Below, in pieces: positions 25,859 to 35,538 of a stretch of 64,000 nt of DNA (within the stretch, counting starts at the first letter, position 1; every line of letters begins with the position of its first letter). The stretch is from a virus (lineage: Duplodnaviria; Caudoviricetes), in the IMG/VR virus record IMGVR_UViG_3300025018_000091; one strand, 5' to 3'. The position numbers and the translations under genes were made by a program. The notes beneath the pieces were generated by a model, which saw only the letters and a program-made list of their open reading frames with translations, was not told the DNA's origin and searched no databases.

Positions 25859-26168
25859 ATGTATTTAATTTCTGTGCTAGTTTCTCGTATAGATAAAAAT
25901 CTGGTTCAAACCAAGGTAATTCATATGATGATTTTCCATCCAATCTTTCTACAATCAATTTTTTAATTTTAAATAACCATGTAAAATTATTTCCATGTAA
26001 ATCTTTTGCTCTTAAAGATATCGAAAGTAAATCATCCCAATCATTAAAAGTGAATACAATTATATGATGTTTATTAGAACATATTTTTTCCTGTTTATAA
26101 TAATTAGATTGAGACGTTCTTAAGGTTTTATCGCAGATTGGACAGGTTAATAAATTAGCTTTAATCAT
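25842..26168 (-). CDS. CxxC / FS-tail family protein
   Basis: CPIC...LPWFEPD...KLNTYVIFS*. Confidence 0.85.
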   Translation of the reverse strand: MIKANLLTCPICDKTLRTSQSNYYKQEKICSNKHHIIVFTFNDWDDLLSISLRAKDLHGNNFTWLFKIKKLIVERLDGKSSYELPWFEPDFYLYEKLAQKLNTYVIFS

Positions 26169-26554
26169 TAGCTAAAACACATATAAGTTTTGATTTTGTT
26201 TAATAATTTAGGAAAATCAGATAAATCTGGTTCAAACCAGGGCAATTTTGTTGTACTTTGATATTCCCAACCTGGAGTCATAGTGGTAGGACCAACTGTT
26301 CTGCCTTTTATTAAAATAGATGGTCCTATAAATATACGTCGTTCAACAAAATTCCAACTTACACTAAACTTAGATTTTTTACTATTTTTTAAATCTGTAT
26401 AGCTCATAACTAATAAATTGTAATTTTCGTCTATTACCAATTTAAATATATGATTTAATCTTTTGTCACAAGCTTTAGTAGATTTAGCTATAGCAGGGAA
26501 GAAATCATTAACTAAGATATCTCCACATATAGGACATTTACTAGGAATTATCAT
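26168..26554 (-). CDS. CxxC / FS-tail family protein
   Basis: CPIC...LPWFEPD...KIKTYMCFS*. Confidence 0.85.
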   Translation of the reverse strand: MIIPSKCPICGDILVNDFFPAIAKSTKACDKRLNHIFKLVIDENYNLLVMSYTDLKNSKKSKFSVSWNFVERRIFIGPSILIKGRTVGPTTMTPGWEYQSTTKLPWFEPDLSDFPKLLNKIKTYMCFS

Positions 26555-26895
26555 GAGAATAACACGTATGTTTTTAATTTGTTCAAAAAAGATTTCTTAC
26601 TTTTTATATCTGGTTCAAACCAAGGTAGAATTGTAGTTGTGTCAAATTTACCAACTGGTACTTTAGATGGTGCAAACCATGTCTGTCTGTTAGTAAAATT
26701 CCAATAAAATATAGCGAAATCTAAAACTATTTCAACTAAATGAACTTCTTCTTTAGAATCAAGACAACAATAATATTTATGATCTAATCTTTTATTACAC
26801 GTTTTAGTTAAAGCACCAGATTTACTCATTAAGTTATTTTTATATTCATTCAAAAGAATATCATTACATAGTGGGCAACGAATTGGTATTATCAT
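26551..26895 (-). CDS. CxxC / FS-tail family protein
   Basis: CPLC...LPWFEPD...KLKTYVLFS*. Confidence 0.85.
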   Translation of the reverse strand: MIIPIRCPLCNDILLNEYKNNLMSKSGALTKTCNKRLDHKYYCCLDSKEEVHLVEIVLDFAIFYWNFTNRQTWFAPSKVPVGKFDTTTILPWFEPDIKSKKSFLNKLKTYVLFS

Positions 26896-27281
26896 GCAAA
26901 TAAAATGAATGTTTTGATTTTACGAATAATTGATTCCCTATCATCATAATTAGGAATAATTGTTTTATTAATAACATGACGATGAGTCTTACTATTTTTA
27001 GTCCATACTTGAGAATTTCCCTCATCATAATTAATTTTAAGGTACAATTTTTCTCCGTTATGGTCTCGAAGACTTAATTTAACTTTGGATAGTTCTTTTA
27101 CACATTTACCATTTTCATCCATAATGAAATTACCATTTTCATCTTTTACATCAGACAATCTTTCTGAGAAGAAGTGGTCATATTTTTTACAGAAGTAATC
27201 GGTATAAAGTACAGTACGTTCTGCCTCTAAATTACTACTACAAAAGGGGCACAGCCGCGTTTCCATGATATATAACTCCAT
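26892..27281 (-). CDS. CxxC / FS-tail family protein
   Basis: CPFC...KIKTFILFA*. Confidence 0.85.
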   Translation of the reverse strand: MELYIMETRLCPFCSSNLEAERTVLYTDYFCKKYDHFFSERLSDVKDENGNFIMDENGKCVKELSKVKLSLRDHNGEKLYLKINYDEGNSQVWTKNSKTHRHVINKTIIPNYDDRESIIRKIKTFILFA

Positions 27282-27524
27282 ATGAAAGCAATAGTTTTGC
27301 GAGATAAAAAAAATAAAGAGATATACTTTCTAATACACCCTAAATCTGAGTTTGAATTTTACTCTGAAAATGGTCTAGATCTTTATATTACAATAGGAAA
27401 GAATAATATAAATAAATCTGCATTATGTGTAGGTGGTGCAGTTTATGGTTACTATAATGATGATATGTTAGCCGAAACTGTAATTAAGATTATAGAAGAC
27501 CAAGATGAGTGCAAGCCGAGTTGA
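27282..27524 (+). CDS. hypothetical protein
   Basis: 80-aa ORF, divergent from the array. Confidence 0.55.
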   Translation: MKAIVLRDKKNKEIYFLIHPKSEFEFYSENGLDLYITIGKNNINKSALCVGGAVYGYYNDDMLAETVIKIIEDQDECKPS

Positions 27525-27957
27525 GCATAAGTTCGAACAAACATTAGATTTTAGTAAGCCCAAACTTTCTAAAAGATATGTCTCCAGAGTTCTAAAGACA
27601 ACGAATTTTAACAACGTCGTTATCGATGCCAGTACGGGAAACATAACCCGCATCGAACACGAAGTCAAGGTGGGCATGTACGTAATTCACGTTATTTTAC
27701 CGTCAGAGCGGATCGGCAAATCTTTTAAATGCTTACATGATTATAAAAAAATGCACACAGAAATATCCAAGGTTAATACTACTAAAGAACAAAAGAAAAT
27801 AAATTTATTAAGAGATAATCTATTTGTTAATCAAAGATGGGTTCATAAAAATCATCGTCCTATAAATCATACTTGTGGCGGTTGGATTAAAATTAATGAC
27901 CTTGTAAATGCTATACTATATTGCAATAGAATAAGTAGACTAAAAGCATTCTTATGA
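27505..27957 (+). CDS. hypothetical protein with variant F-tail; paralog of 33354-33875
   Basis: KINLLRDNLFVNQRW resembles KLNIAKDNRFDDRQW; ends RISRLKAFL*. Confidence 0.75.
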   Translation: MSASRVEHKFEQTLDFSKPKLSKRYVSRVLKTTNFNNVVIDASTGNITRIEHEVKVGMYVIHVILPSERIGKSFKCLHDYKKMHTEISKVNTTKEQKKINLLRDNLFVNQRWVHKNHRPINHTCGGWIKINDLVNAILYCNRISRLKAFL

Positions 27958-28515
27958 AAATAAGATATATGTTCTCATCTTATTAACTAGCTTTTCTTTT
28001 GTCTTAAATCTATAAAGTGGAAGAAGTGGTATATTCATCTTCATCATCTTATTTGTGTTTTTATCTAAAACATTTATTTTAGTTTCATTTTCAGAATACT
28101 CTGACATTAAGCTATAAAATACATTTTTTGATGTTGTAGATAATACTTCTCGTAATATAGTAATTGGTCTAATAAACATCTTTCTATCAAATTGAAGCGG
28201 ATTACTATATATAAAGTTCTGACAAAACTTACAGTTGCTAGAGATATATAGCTCTCTACACCCTAAATAAGAAATAAATTCTTCCATATTAGATACTTTA
28301 AACTTATTATCACTTATAGATATCTGAAGATTTAGGCTATGAGAATACTTTATTCTAAGTGTGACATCAATTATATTATTTTTTAAAAACTGAGGTAGCT
28401 TTTGAAATTGGTTAGATTCAGGGTTGTTACTTAATACATTAATGGTCACTTTCTTTCCACAAGAAAAACAAGGACCATTATAAAGAATGAAATCTTTTAC
28501 CGTAAAATTCTTCAT
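27952..28515 (-). CDS. long-type CxxC / FS-tail family protein
   Basis: CFSC...CKFC...KMRTYILFS*. Confidence 0.85.
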   Translation of the reverse strand: MKNFTVKDFILYNGPCFSCGKKVTINVLSNNPESNQFQKLPQFLKNNIIDVTLRIKYSHSLNLQISISDNKFKVSNMEEFISYLGCRELYISSNCKFCQNFIYSNPLQFDRKMFIRPITILREVLSTTSKNVFYSLMSEYSENETKINVLDKNTNKMMKMNIPLLPLYRFKTKEKLVNKMRTYILFS

Positions 28516-29603
28516 TTTGCAGCACGTAAATAAGCCTCTATAAATGGCTGTAAGTCACCATCCATTACTATATCAGTATTTCTATTTTCATAATCTGTTC
28601 TATGGTCTTTTACTAATTGATATGGATTGAAATAATACGTTCTAATTTGGCTTCCAAAAGCAATATCTTGTTGAGCAGATAGTTGTGCTTCTTTTTCAGA
28701 ATTCTTTTTCTTCATTTCTATATCATATAGTTTACTTTTTAGCATTTTTAAAGCTGTTTTCTTATTAGACAACTGATCTCTTTCAGTTCTAACAAGAATA
28801 TTGATGCCAGATGGAATATGTTTTAATCTAATGGCGCTTGCCACTTTGTTTACATTTTGACCACCAGGACCACCAGCAGTTTGAGCAGTAATCTCGATAT
28901 CTTTATCCTCAATCTTGATATTGATTGTATCCTCAACATCTGGTAATACTGATACTGCCGCAAAAGAAGTATGTCTGGCATCTCCTGCATTAAATGGAGA
29001 ATTTCTTATTAATCTATGTACGCCAGATTCTCCTTTTAGAAAACCATAAGCATAGGGACCTTCAATTCTATATGATACTGAGTCGGTACAAATGGAACTA
29101 TGTTCGTCACATGGTTTATTATCTAAACATTCCACATTTAAATTATAACTATCCGCCCATCTCAGGTACATACGAGATAGCATCGTTACCCAGTTAGCGG
29201 CTTCTAGACCCCCTGCACCCGCGTTAATCGTTAATATAGCGGGACTGTTAGCCATAGGATCGGTCATCATATGAAGAAATTCCATATCAGAAAGTTCTTT
29301 ATAGAGATGTGAGATTTCATCATGTTGTTCTGGTAATTCTTCTGGAAGAATATCTACCAGTTCTTCATAAAAATGCGTCAAATTTAAGAACGTCTCAAAT
29401 TTATCTACAAAATCTGATAATCTTTGTCGTTCTTTCATCATTGCTCCAGCTTGTTTAGGATCATTCCAGATATTTGGAGCTAACATTTTATTGTCTATTT
29501 CGTCTATTTTTGTAACATATTTTTCATAATCAAACATGTTACGTATTGAATTTATCTTATCGCGACATAACGATACTAATTGTTGTGTTTCCATGGTTTT
29601 CAC
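28512..29603 (-). CDS. prfB: peptide chain release factor 2
   Basis: AGAGGLEA..W..ML.RMY, GESGVHRLIRNSPF (RF2-specific SPF), RHTSFA, GGPGGQNVNK (GGQ), FGSQIRTY; continuous ORF. Confidence 0.93.
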   Translation of the reverse strand: MKTMETQQLVSLCRDKINSIRNMFDYEKYVTKIDEIDNKMLAPNIWNDPKQAGAMMKERQRLSDFVDKFETFLNLTHFYEELVDILPEELPEQHDEISHLYKELSDMEFLHMMTDPMANSPAILTINAGAGGLEAANWVTMLSRMYLRWADSYNLNVECLDNKPCDEHSSICTDSVSYRIEGPYAYGFLKGESGVHRLIRNSPFNAGDARHTSFAAVSVLPDVEDTINIKIEDKDIEITAQTAGGPGGQNVNKVASAIRLKHIPSGINILVRTERDQLSNKKTALKMLKSKLYDIEMKKKNSEKEAQLSAQQDIAFGSQIRTYYFNPYQLVKDHRTDYENRNTDIVMDGDLQPFIEAYLRAAK

Positions 29604-30013
29604 GCAAAGGTAAGGGATAATTTAACTTTTTTCTTCAGTCTTGTTAGTTTAGGATAATCTGGCTCTATTATAAATGGTAATCCTAGAGATCTAGATTCAG
29701 TATTAGCTTCTCTTGTCCATATTAGAGATCTATTCTCCAAGTATACGTTAGAGAACATAACGTATTTGTTTCCGATATTAATTGAGAATTCGTCAAATAA
29801 AACTACATCAGGGTTAAGTTTGTCAGAAAAATACCCATAATAATGAAGCGGATCTTTTGAAGAGGGATGAAAATGTGTTGCACTTATTAAAATTAATTTA
29901 TTTCCGGGAAAATATCTTTTAAGAAAACCGACACCATCTCTAGCCTCCTCTATAAATAACTTATTATTACATACCGGACACGTATTGTTTTTTATATTAG
30001 TTAATGGAATCAT
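29600..30013 (-). CDS. CxxC / FS-tail family protein
   Basis: CPVC...KVKLSLTFA*. Confidence 0.85.
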   Translation of the reverse strand: MIPLTNIKNNTCPVCNNKLFIEEARDGVGFLKRYFPGNKLILISATHFHPSSKDPLHYYGYFSDKLNPDVVLFDEFSINIGNKYVMFSNVYLENRSLIWTREANTESRSLGLPFIIEPDYPKLTRLKKKVKLSLTFA

Positions 30014-30681
30014 GAGAATAGTACATATGTTTTAATCTTTTTGATTAAATAATCTTTGTCTAACATTTTATATAAATCAAGTTTAGGTAATGTTGCAATA
30101 GTATTTTTACTATCTAATAAATAAGTATTTGGTGAATCTATTGAAGATATTAAGCTAAATTTTTTACTATCTATAATGACAGTAACTGCTTCGGCACTAA
30201 TGACCAATGGATAAATTCTTCTTGTTAATGTTCCTAATACTAAATTAGAACTTTGATATCTGTATTTGAATCCACTACGCAAACAATCTCTGTTATCACA
30301 TTTTTTCAATAAAAACATATCATATTCCAATATGATTTTTTGAATATTTTTAGTTAAACCATATGTTGTAAGTTGATTATTATATATATTTACAGAGAAA
30401 ACTTTAACTTTATGTTCTTCAGGATCATAACATGACCAACATGATAATTCGTCTTCTTTTAATCTAGAAAAATAACCAACATGATACAACTCATGCTCAA
30501 AACTATATCGTGATGGTTCCTCTGGATATGTAATACAATATAGTTTGGTAAGAGGATCTTGATTTATAATATTTCTACTATTTAAACTTAGTTCTAATTT
30601 ATTATTACAAAATGGACATTTATCCATTAATGATATAAAATCATGAATATTTTCGAAACGCATTATGACATTAAAATCCAA
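30010..30681 (-). CDS. long-type CxxC / FS-tail family protein
   Basis: CPFC...CDNRDC...KIKTYVLFS*. Confidence 0.85.
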   Translation of the reverse strand: MDFNVIMRFENIHDFISLMDKCPFCNNKLELSLNSRNIINQDPLTKLYCITYPEEPSRYSFEHELYHVGYFSRLKEDELSCWSCYDPEEHKVKVFSVNIYNNQLTTYGLTKNIQKIILEYDMFLLKKCDNRDCLRSGFKYRYQSSNLVLGTLTRRIYPLVISAEAVTVIIDSKKFSLISSIDSPNTYLLDSKNTIATLPKLDLYKMLDKDYLIKKIKTYVLFS

Positions 30682-31359
30682 TTATCCAACCTAGAAAATA
30701 GTTTATCTCTATCCTTTAGGTTAAAATTAGGTCTGCTTTTTAGCAAAGGTAATTGCTTTTCAAAAATGTTTGGAGAATAGTCTTTATCTTCAAGTTGCTC
30801 TTTTGAGCATGTATAATACCACAACATAGTATTATTATTTTCATAATCTATATTAACCATATAAACTTTTTCTAGATCATCGACCTTTCTGGTTAATGAA
30901 AAAGATTCGTCAGAATTTACTATTTTGTTTGCACTTTTTGATGTAGGTCTTATAACAATCTTTCCTGATTTAGTTTTTACACAATCTAATAATGTTGTCG
31001 TTCTATAGTAACATCCATAATATAAATAAATTTCATAATACAAGCCTTGCTTTTTCTTTAAAACCGTTATCATTGCACAAGAAAAATAGATACATTTGGT
31101 TTTCTAATACTTTATTTTTTAGTTTATCTGAACTAAAAATAATTTCCGTTCCCGTTTCGGTAAAATCCATATCTATATATTCATCATTGAATTCTGAATT
31201 AATACACTTAAACTGTTCAAATCTATATGAACGACTAGACGATCCTAAAATCGGAATACCTCTAAAACACATTGAATCTAGCAATTGTAAATATAATGTT
31301 AAAGATTCTCCACATATTGGACAGCTCTTATTAAAATCTAAAAATTTATTAAATCTCAT
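30663..31359 (-). pseudogene. long-type CxxC / FS-tail member split by a frameshift near 31035-31070
   Basis: 5' ORF 31033-31359 has MRFNKFLDFNKSCPIC; 3' ORF 30663-31073 has CYYR...RLDNWILMS*; combined length matches neighbours. Confidence 0.6.
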
Positions 31360-31369
31360 TTTTTTTCTC

Positions 31370-31993
31370 TTACGTAAATGTTACGACCGTTAATATTCTG
31401 TTTTTTATTTTATCTTTATTAAACAGTTCGAAATTTATAAAAGGTGTTTCTATTGGATCACCATCTGGATTTTTATTTGATACGATTCTTGTTGTATTAT
31501 AAATATAATCGCTTTGGACCCAATACTTACCAATATTAATAGAATCAAAATACATAAAAAATGGTCTAATTGTGGTATACTCTATAAAATCTGTTCCAAC
31601 ATACTTATTAGATAGTCTATCACAAGTAATAAAGTTTGAATTAACAGTATAATTTAAACCACATTTTTTATTATCACAACTTAAAGAGATATGTGGCTTA
31701 TGCATTTCAAAAAGTTCAATAGTATTATTTCCACTAGAAGTGTGAGCTGGCTGTTTTTCTATAAATAACTCGTTCGATAATATATTTAACTTACACTTTA
31801 CGTCTACAATTGAGTGTCTATTAACATTTTTAAGACTAAATAGAAAATAATTATCTACTAATCTCGATTTAAATGTTGGTATCTCTCTACGTATTACAAA
31901 ACTAGTAAAAACAGGAGAAAGTTTTGAACCACAAAACACACATTTATCTCTAAAATCTATAAATTTCCATATATTTGAAAACACATTTTTCAT
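31370..31993 (-). CDS. long-type CxxC / FS-tail family protein
   Basis: CVFC...CDNKKC...RILTVVTFT*. Confidence 0.85.
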   Translation of the reverse strand: MKNVFSNIWKFIDFRDKCVFCGSKLSPVFTSFVIRREIPTFKSRLVDNYFLFSLKNVNRHSIVDVKCKLNILSNELFIEKQPAHTSSGNNTIELFEMHKPHISLSCDNKKCGLNYTVNSNFITCDRLSNKYVGTDFIEYTTIRPFFMYFDSINIGKYWVQSDYIYNTTRIVSNKNPDGDPIETPFINFELFNKDKIKNRILTVVTFT

Positions 31994-32649
31994 GAAAATA
32001 TTAATAGTTTCTTTATTCTATTGAGAACATCTTCTGGTTTAGCCATACTCTCCGATACTAAAGGTAATTGCAATGTATCATGTCGTTTTTTTCTATTGAT
32101 ATGAGAATACTCAGTCTTATTCATTGTATAAACATTTCGTATTTCATAAACATCTTCACCTTCTTCTACAGATATAAATTCTGAATTAAGAATAGCACAT
32201 TCAACTATCATCTCATATATGTCAAATCGTAATTGTAAGGTATAAGCATATTGCATACAATTTTTACAATCAACCCTATGTCCTTGCATAAGAATGCCGT
32301 CTCTTATATCATAATCAACATTTATAGGAGACTTTACAATATGTGCTGGACTCAGAGATCCTATAGAATATATAGGTAGATAGTTAACTGACTGAGATAT
32401 CGCTAACTCAATTAGTTGCTCACTATCAATGTCAAATACTATCTTATTATCTTTATCTGAGCCTGATTTAATAGTTATACGGCGGAGCACAACATCATTG
32501 ATTGATTTAAATGATTTTAATGAATATGCAAAATCGTAGTTATTTAACTGAATATTATCAATTAATGATAAATTCATATTAGTGCCGCACATTGGGCAAT
32601 TCTCATGATATGGATATGCATCCCTTAACTTCTCGAATATTTTTATCAC
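31990..32649 (-). CDS. long-type CxxC / FS-tail family protein
   Basis: CPMC...CKNC...RIKKLLIFS*. Confidence 0.85.
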   Translation of the reverse strand: MIKIFEKLRDAYPYHENCPMCGTNMNLSLIDNIQLNNYDFAYSLKSFKSINDVVLRRITIKSGSDKDNKIVFDIDSEQLIELAISQSVNYLPIYSIGSLSPAHIVKSPINVDYDIRDGILMQGHRVDCKNCMQYAYTLQLRFDIYEMIVECAILNSEFISVEEGEDVYEIRNVYTMNKTEYSHINRKKRHDTLQLPLVSESMAKPEDVLNRIKKLLIFS

Positions 32650-32655
32650 AGATTC

Positions 32656-33306
32656 TTACTCGTAGTATTCTTCAAATACATCTTTAGTCAATCCTGCATC
32701 AATTAATACTGGCAATCCGTCTTTAGTTCCCCATGAAGAAATTCTAGCAATATCACCAGGCATTAGTTTGAATTTTTTGCCTACCGCAACTAAATCCTTA
32801 TATATACTGGATTTTGAAACTTCATCGAAATTATCTGGTTCCTTCATATCTTTACTTCCAGATACTGATTTAAGTCCATAATTAATTGCTTCTCCAAAAT
32901 CATCAAAATCTAAGTCTGTCATTTTTTCAAACTGCTTTACCGTAATCTTTTTTAGAAAAGATACTTCGATCCAGGCATGGTTAGAAGCTTTACGAAGAAC
33001 TTTGTTAAGATACTTTGACTTCATTTTGGAATTGGATTCCACTTTATTTTGCGCAATTCCTCGGTCGTTCTTTGCTAATTTAAGGATGGTTTTCTCGGGC
33101 GTCAAGTATACAATTCGGCTGGAGCCCGACGACAAATGTTTTAAATTTTTCTCGGCGTACTTCTTTCGCGCGTTATACGTCTCTAATTTTTGAATATTTT
33201 TCAACACCACATCTAAATCCTTAGAGTCTTCAGGCAGTTCTTCCTTCTCTGATGCTGCTAGCGACTCAAATATACTGGCAAATCTAAGGATTTTATTGAC
33301 GTTCAT
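32656..33306 (-). CDS. protein-kinase-like fold protein with putative virion propeptide
   Basis: LSSGSSRIVY (Gly loop), ILKLAK (Lys), QNKVE (alphaC Glu), GDIARISSWG, VLIDAG (DFG-like). Confidence 0.65.
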   Translation of the reverse strand: MNVNKILRFASIFESLAASEKEELPEDSKDLDVVLKNIQKLETYNARKKYAEKNLKHLSSGSSRIVYLTPEKTILKLAKNDRGIAQNKVESNSKMKSKYLNKVLRKASNHAWIEVSFLKKITVKQFEKMTDLDFDDFGEAINYGLKSVSGSKDMKEPDNFDEVSKSSIYKDLVAVGKKFKLMPGDIARISSWGTKDGLPVLIDAGLTKDVFEEYYE

Positions 33307-33353
33307 GTTATAAATACGTTCTTAGTAATATTCTCAAAGATATATAATACATT

Positions 33354-33875
33354 ATGATAACTAAAGAAGAATATCTTAAATTAATACAAAAGGCTTATCA
33401 TCAAGATGATGAATTAGATGATGGGGAAGAGCTTTTTTGGATTCCAGCTAAGCCAGAAATTAAAAAGAAACTACAAAACCTTATAAAACCAAATGGTGAT
33501 ATAAATGCTACTAAAATGAAGAAGGCAGAGTTTTCTAAACTTATCAACAAACACAACCGAATAACTATAGGAAACTTTATGGTACATATCAAATCTATAG
33601 TTAATCCAACAGGTATAGATAATGTTGTAGAAGATGCCGTAGAGATTACAGAAGAAACTAAATATAATATTGTTCTCTATGAAGTTAAAAAGACTACACC
33701 TTCTGGTATGCCGTGTAATATCCAAGTTAAGTTAAATATAGCTAAGGATAATAGATTTGATGATAGACAATGGGCTAAGGGATTTACTCAGCTTGGTGGA
33801 AGCGTATCAGATAAAACATTAATTGAATTACTTAAATGGATGCAAGCAATAACAAAATTACCAGCTTTTCTTTAA
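33354..33875 (+). CDS. hypothetical protein with variant F-tail; paralog of 27505-27957
   Basis: Ends AITKLPAFL*. Confidence 0.75.
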   Translation: MITKEEYLKLIQKAYHQDDELDDGEELFWIPAKPEIKKKLQNLIKPNGDINATKMKKAEFSKLINKHNRITIGNFMVHIKSIVNPTGIDNVVEDAVEITEETKYNIVLYEVKKTTPSGMPCNIQVKLNIAKDNRFDDRQWAKGFTQLGGSVSDKTLIELLKWMQAITKLPAFL

Positions 33876-34492
33876 GAAAAAAGCAATAATTTGTTTAGTC
33901 TGTTTAATGTTTCTTCTTTCGATACAAAATTTATTAATGCTGTTTCAATAACATATTCGTGATTTGAAAAGTTCCAAGTCTCTAAATCTATTCCTCTTTT
34001 GCCTACAGTTAGAATACTTTTTTCTCTATTATAGTTATTAACTAACCCAAATACTTTATCATCTTTATTCATTACAAAACATTCTACATTAATAAATAAA
34101 TCTCCAAAATTCTGTTTTTGCAAATCTACCAGAAACTTATTAGATTCATAAGTATATTCTTTACAAGAATTACAATGCTTGTATAACCTATAAGAACTGA
34201 GATTTTGATTAAATTCTTTAAACATATCTATTAATGATAGAGGTATAGTTTCAAACCTTTTACCATTTCTTGAATAGAACTCCATAAAAAATGAATTATC
34301 ATTAGGATTAATCGAATATCCCACTTCATATGAAGCACTATTACTTCTAAGAGAAGTCATTTGAAATGTAATAAGTAGTCTATCATCTATTATCCTGACT
34401 TTTTGTCGTTTCCTAGAGTGAAGAGCTAATGATAAGCTTGATGAACATAATGGGCAAACATTTCGATGTGATAAAAAATCTCGTAAATTCAT
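33872..34492 (-). CDS. long-type CxxC / FS-tail family protein
   Basis: MNLRDFLSHRNVCPLC...CNSC...RLNKLLLFS*. Confidence 0.85.
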   Translation of the reverse strand: MNLRDFLSHRNVCPLCSSSLSLALHSRKRQKVRIIDDRLLITFQMTSLRSNSASYEVGYSINPNDNSFFMEFYSRNGKRFETIPLSLIDMFKEFNQNLSSYRLYKHCNSCKEYTYESNKFLVDLQKQNFGDLFINVECFVMNKDDKVFGLVNNYNREKSILTVGKRGIDLETWNFSNHEYVIETALINFVSKEETLNRLNKLLLFS

Positions 34493-34642
34493 ACTTCTCC
34501 AATATCTCGTAACATACTTAATATAACCACTCTGGACATATAAGCAACCCTTCATAAATACAACATAATTGTCGCTGCCCGTATATACTTACTCCCCCTA
34601 TAAGATCCCCCATGTGTTTGTCGAGAGATTGCTCAGAAATTT

Positions 34643-34680
34643 AAAAGAAAAACGGCGACATATTTAATAAATATTGCCGT
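34643..34680 (-). terminator. intrinsic terminator
   Basis: ACGGCAATATTT-ATT-AAATATGTCGCCGT followed by TTTTCTTTT. Confidence 0.75.
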
Positions 34681-34710
34681 TACAATTATTGGTTATAGTT
34701 AGAAGTAATA

Positions 34711-35457
34711 TTATTTAGCAGTAGCTTGATTCTTATACTTCAATAAATTATCATAATAACTATTATATCTATCTAACAATGTTTTTATTTGATTGAATAC
34801 ACTTCCAGTATTTCCTGCTTCTTGCATAGAATTTATCATATTAGTTAATTCTTGTCTTTTAGCATTATATCTAGGAAATAGCGTATAAGCTTGCCAATTA
34901 TTTTGATCTTGTATTGCCTTATGAACAGCAGTTAATAGAGTTCTACCAGAAGTTAACAAATCGGTTGTATTAGTATTTCCACCAGCAAGTAATGTTTCAA
35001 TTCTATTTTTTATTGATTGAACATTGCCATAATTTTTCATCCACATATCATATGGTACCGATGATTCAATTGTTCTTTTATAAAAATCTATTGTTCTTTT
35101 TTCTTTTTGAACTCTATCAGGATTTGCTTCTAATGAAGTAACAAATTTTTCTGCACCAGCAATTAAATTCTTTGCATTCTGAATATTTTCTGGCGTAGAT
35201 GGAACCCTAGGTTTTTCTGGCGCTGTTGCTGCTGAAGGTGTTGTTGAAGGTGCTACTGGAGGTACTGCCAGAGGTGCTACTGGAGGTGCTGCCGGATAAC
35301 CTGAATCGCCTTCACCTGAGTCTTCTGGAGCGCCAGCAGGAACACCTGCATCTTCTTGTGCTAATACTCTTCTCATTTCTGCTTTTGTTTCGCAGAGAGC
35401 TAGTTTTTCAAAGATATTCGCAGTTTTAAGAAGTTTATCAACTTTTTTCATCATCAA
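34711..35457 (-). CDS. putative virion (head-internal) protein with propeptide
   Basis: KVDKLLKTANIFEKL...RRVLAQ then Pro/Ala-rich linker. Confidence 0.65.
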   Translation of the reverse strand: MMMKKVDKLLKTANIFEKLALCETKAEMRRVLAQEDAGVPAGAPEDSGEGDSGYPAAPPVAPLAVPPVAPSTTPSAATAPEKPRVPSTPENIQNAKNLIAGAEKFVTSLEANPDRVQKEKRTIDFYKRTIESSVPYDMWMKNYGNVQSIKNRIETLLAGGNTNTTDLLTSGRTLLTAVHKAIQDQNNWQAYTLFPRYNAKRQELTNMINSMQEAGNTGSVFNQIKTLLDRYNSYYDNLLKYKNQATAK

Positions 35458-35508
35458 ATTCCCTTTACCATAGTTACTTATATTTTATACTTCATTATGC
35501 CAATAAAC

Positions 35509-35538
35509 AATATGGCGATAACCAATTATCGCCATATT
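35509..35538. terminator. 13-bp perfect hairpin, probable terminator for 35612-36349
   Basis: AATATGGCGATAA-CCAA-TTATCGCCATATT; GTTTATT follows on the minus strand. Confidence 0.6.

Noticed and set aside
28512-29603. Stop-codon reassignment (TAG to Gln) suggested by a phage RF2
   Set aside because: Known genes and structural genes are full length and densely packed under the standard code, TAG terminates some genes (e.g. 38273), and no clear suppressor tRNA was found.
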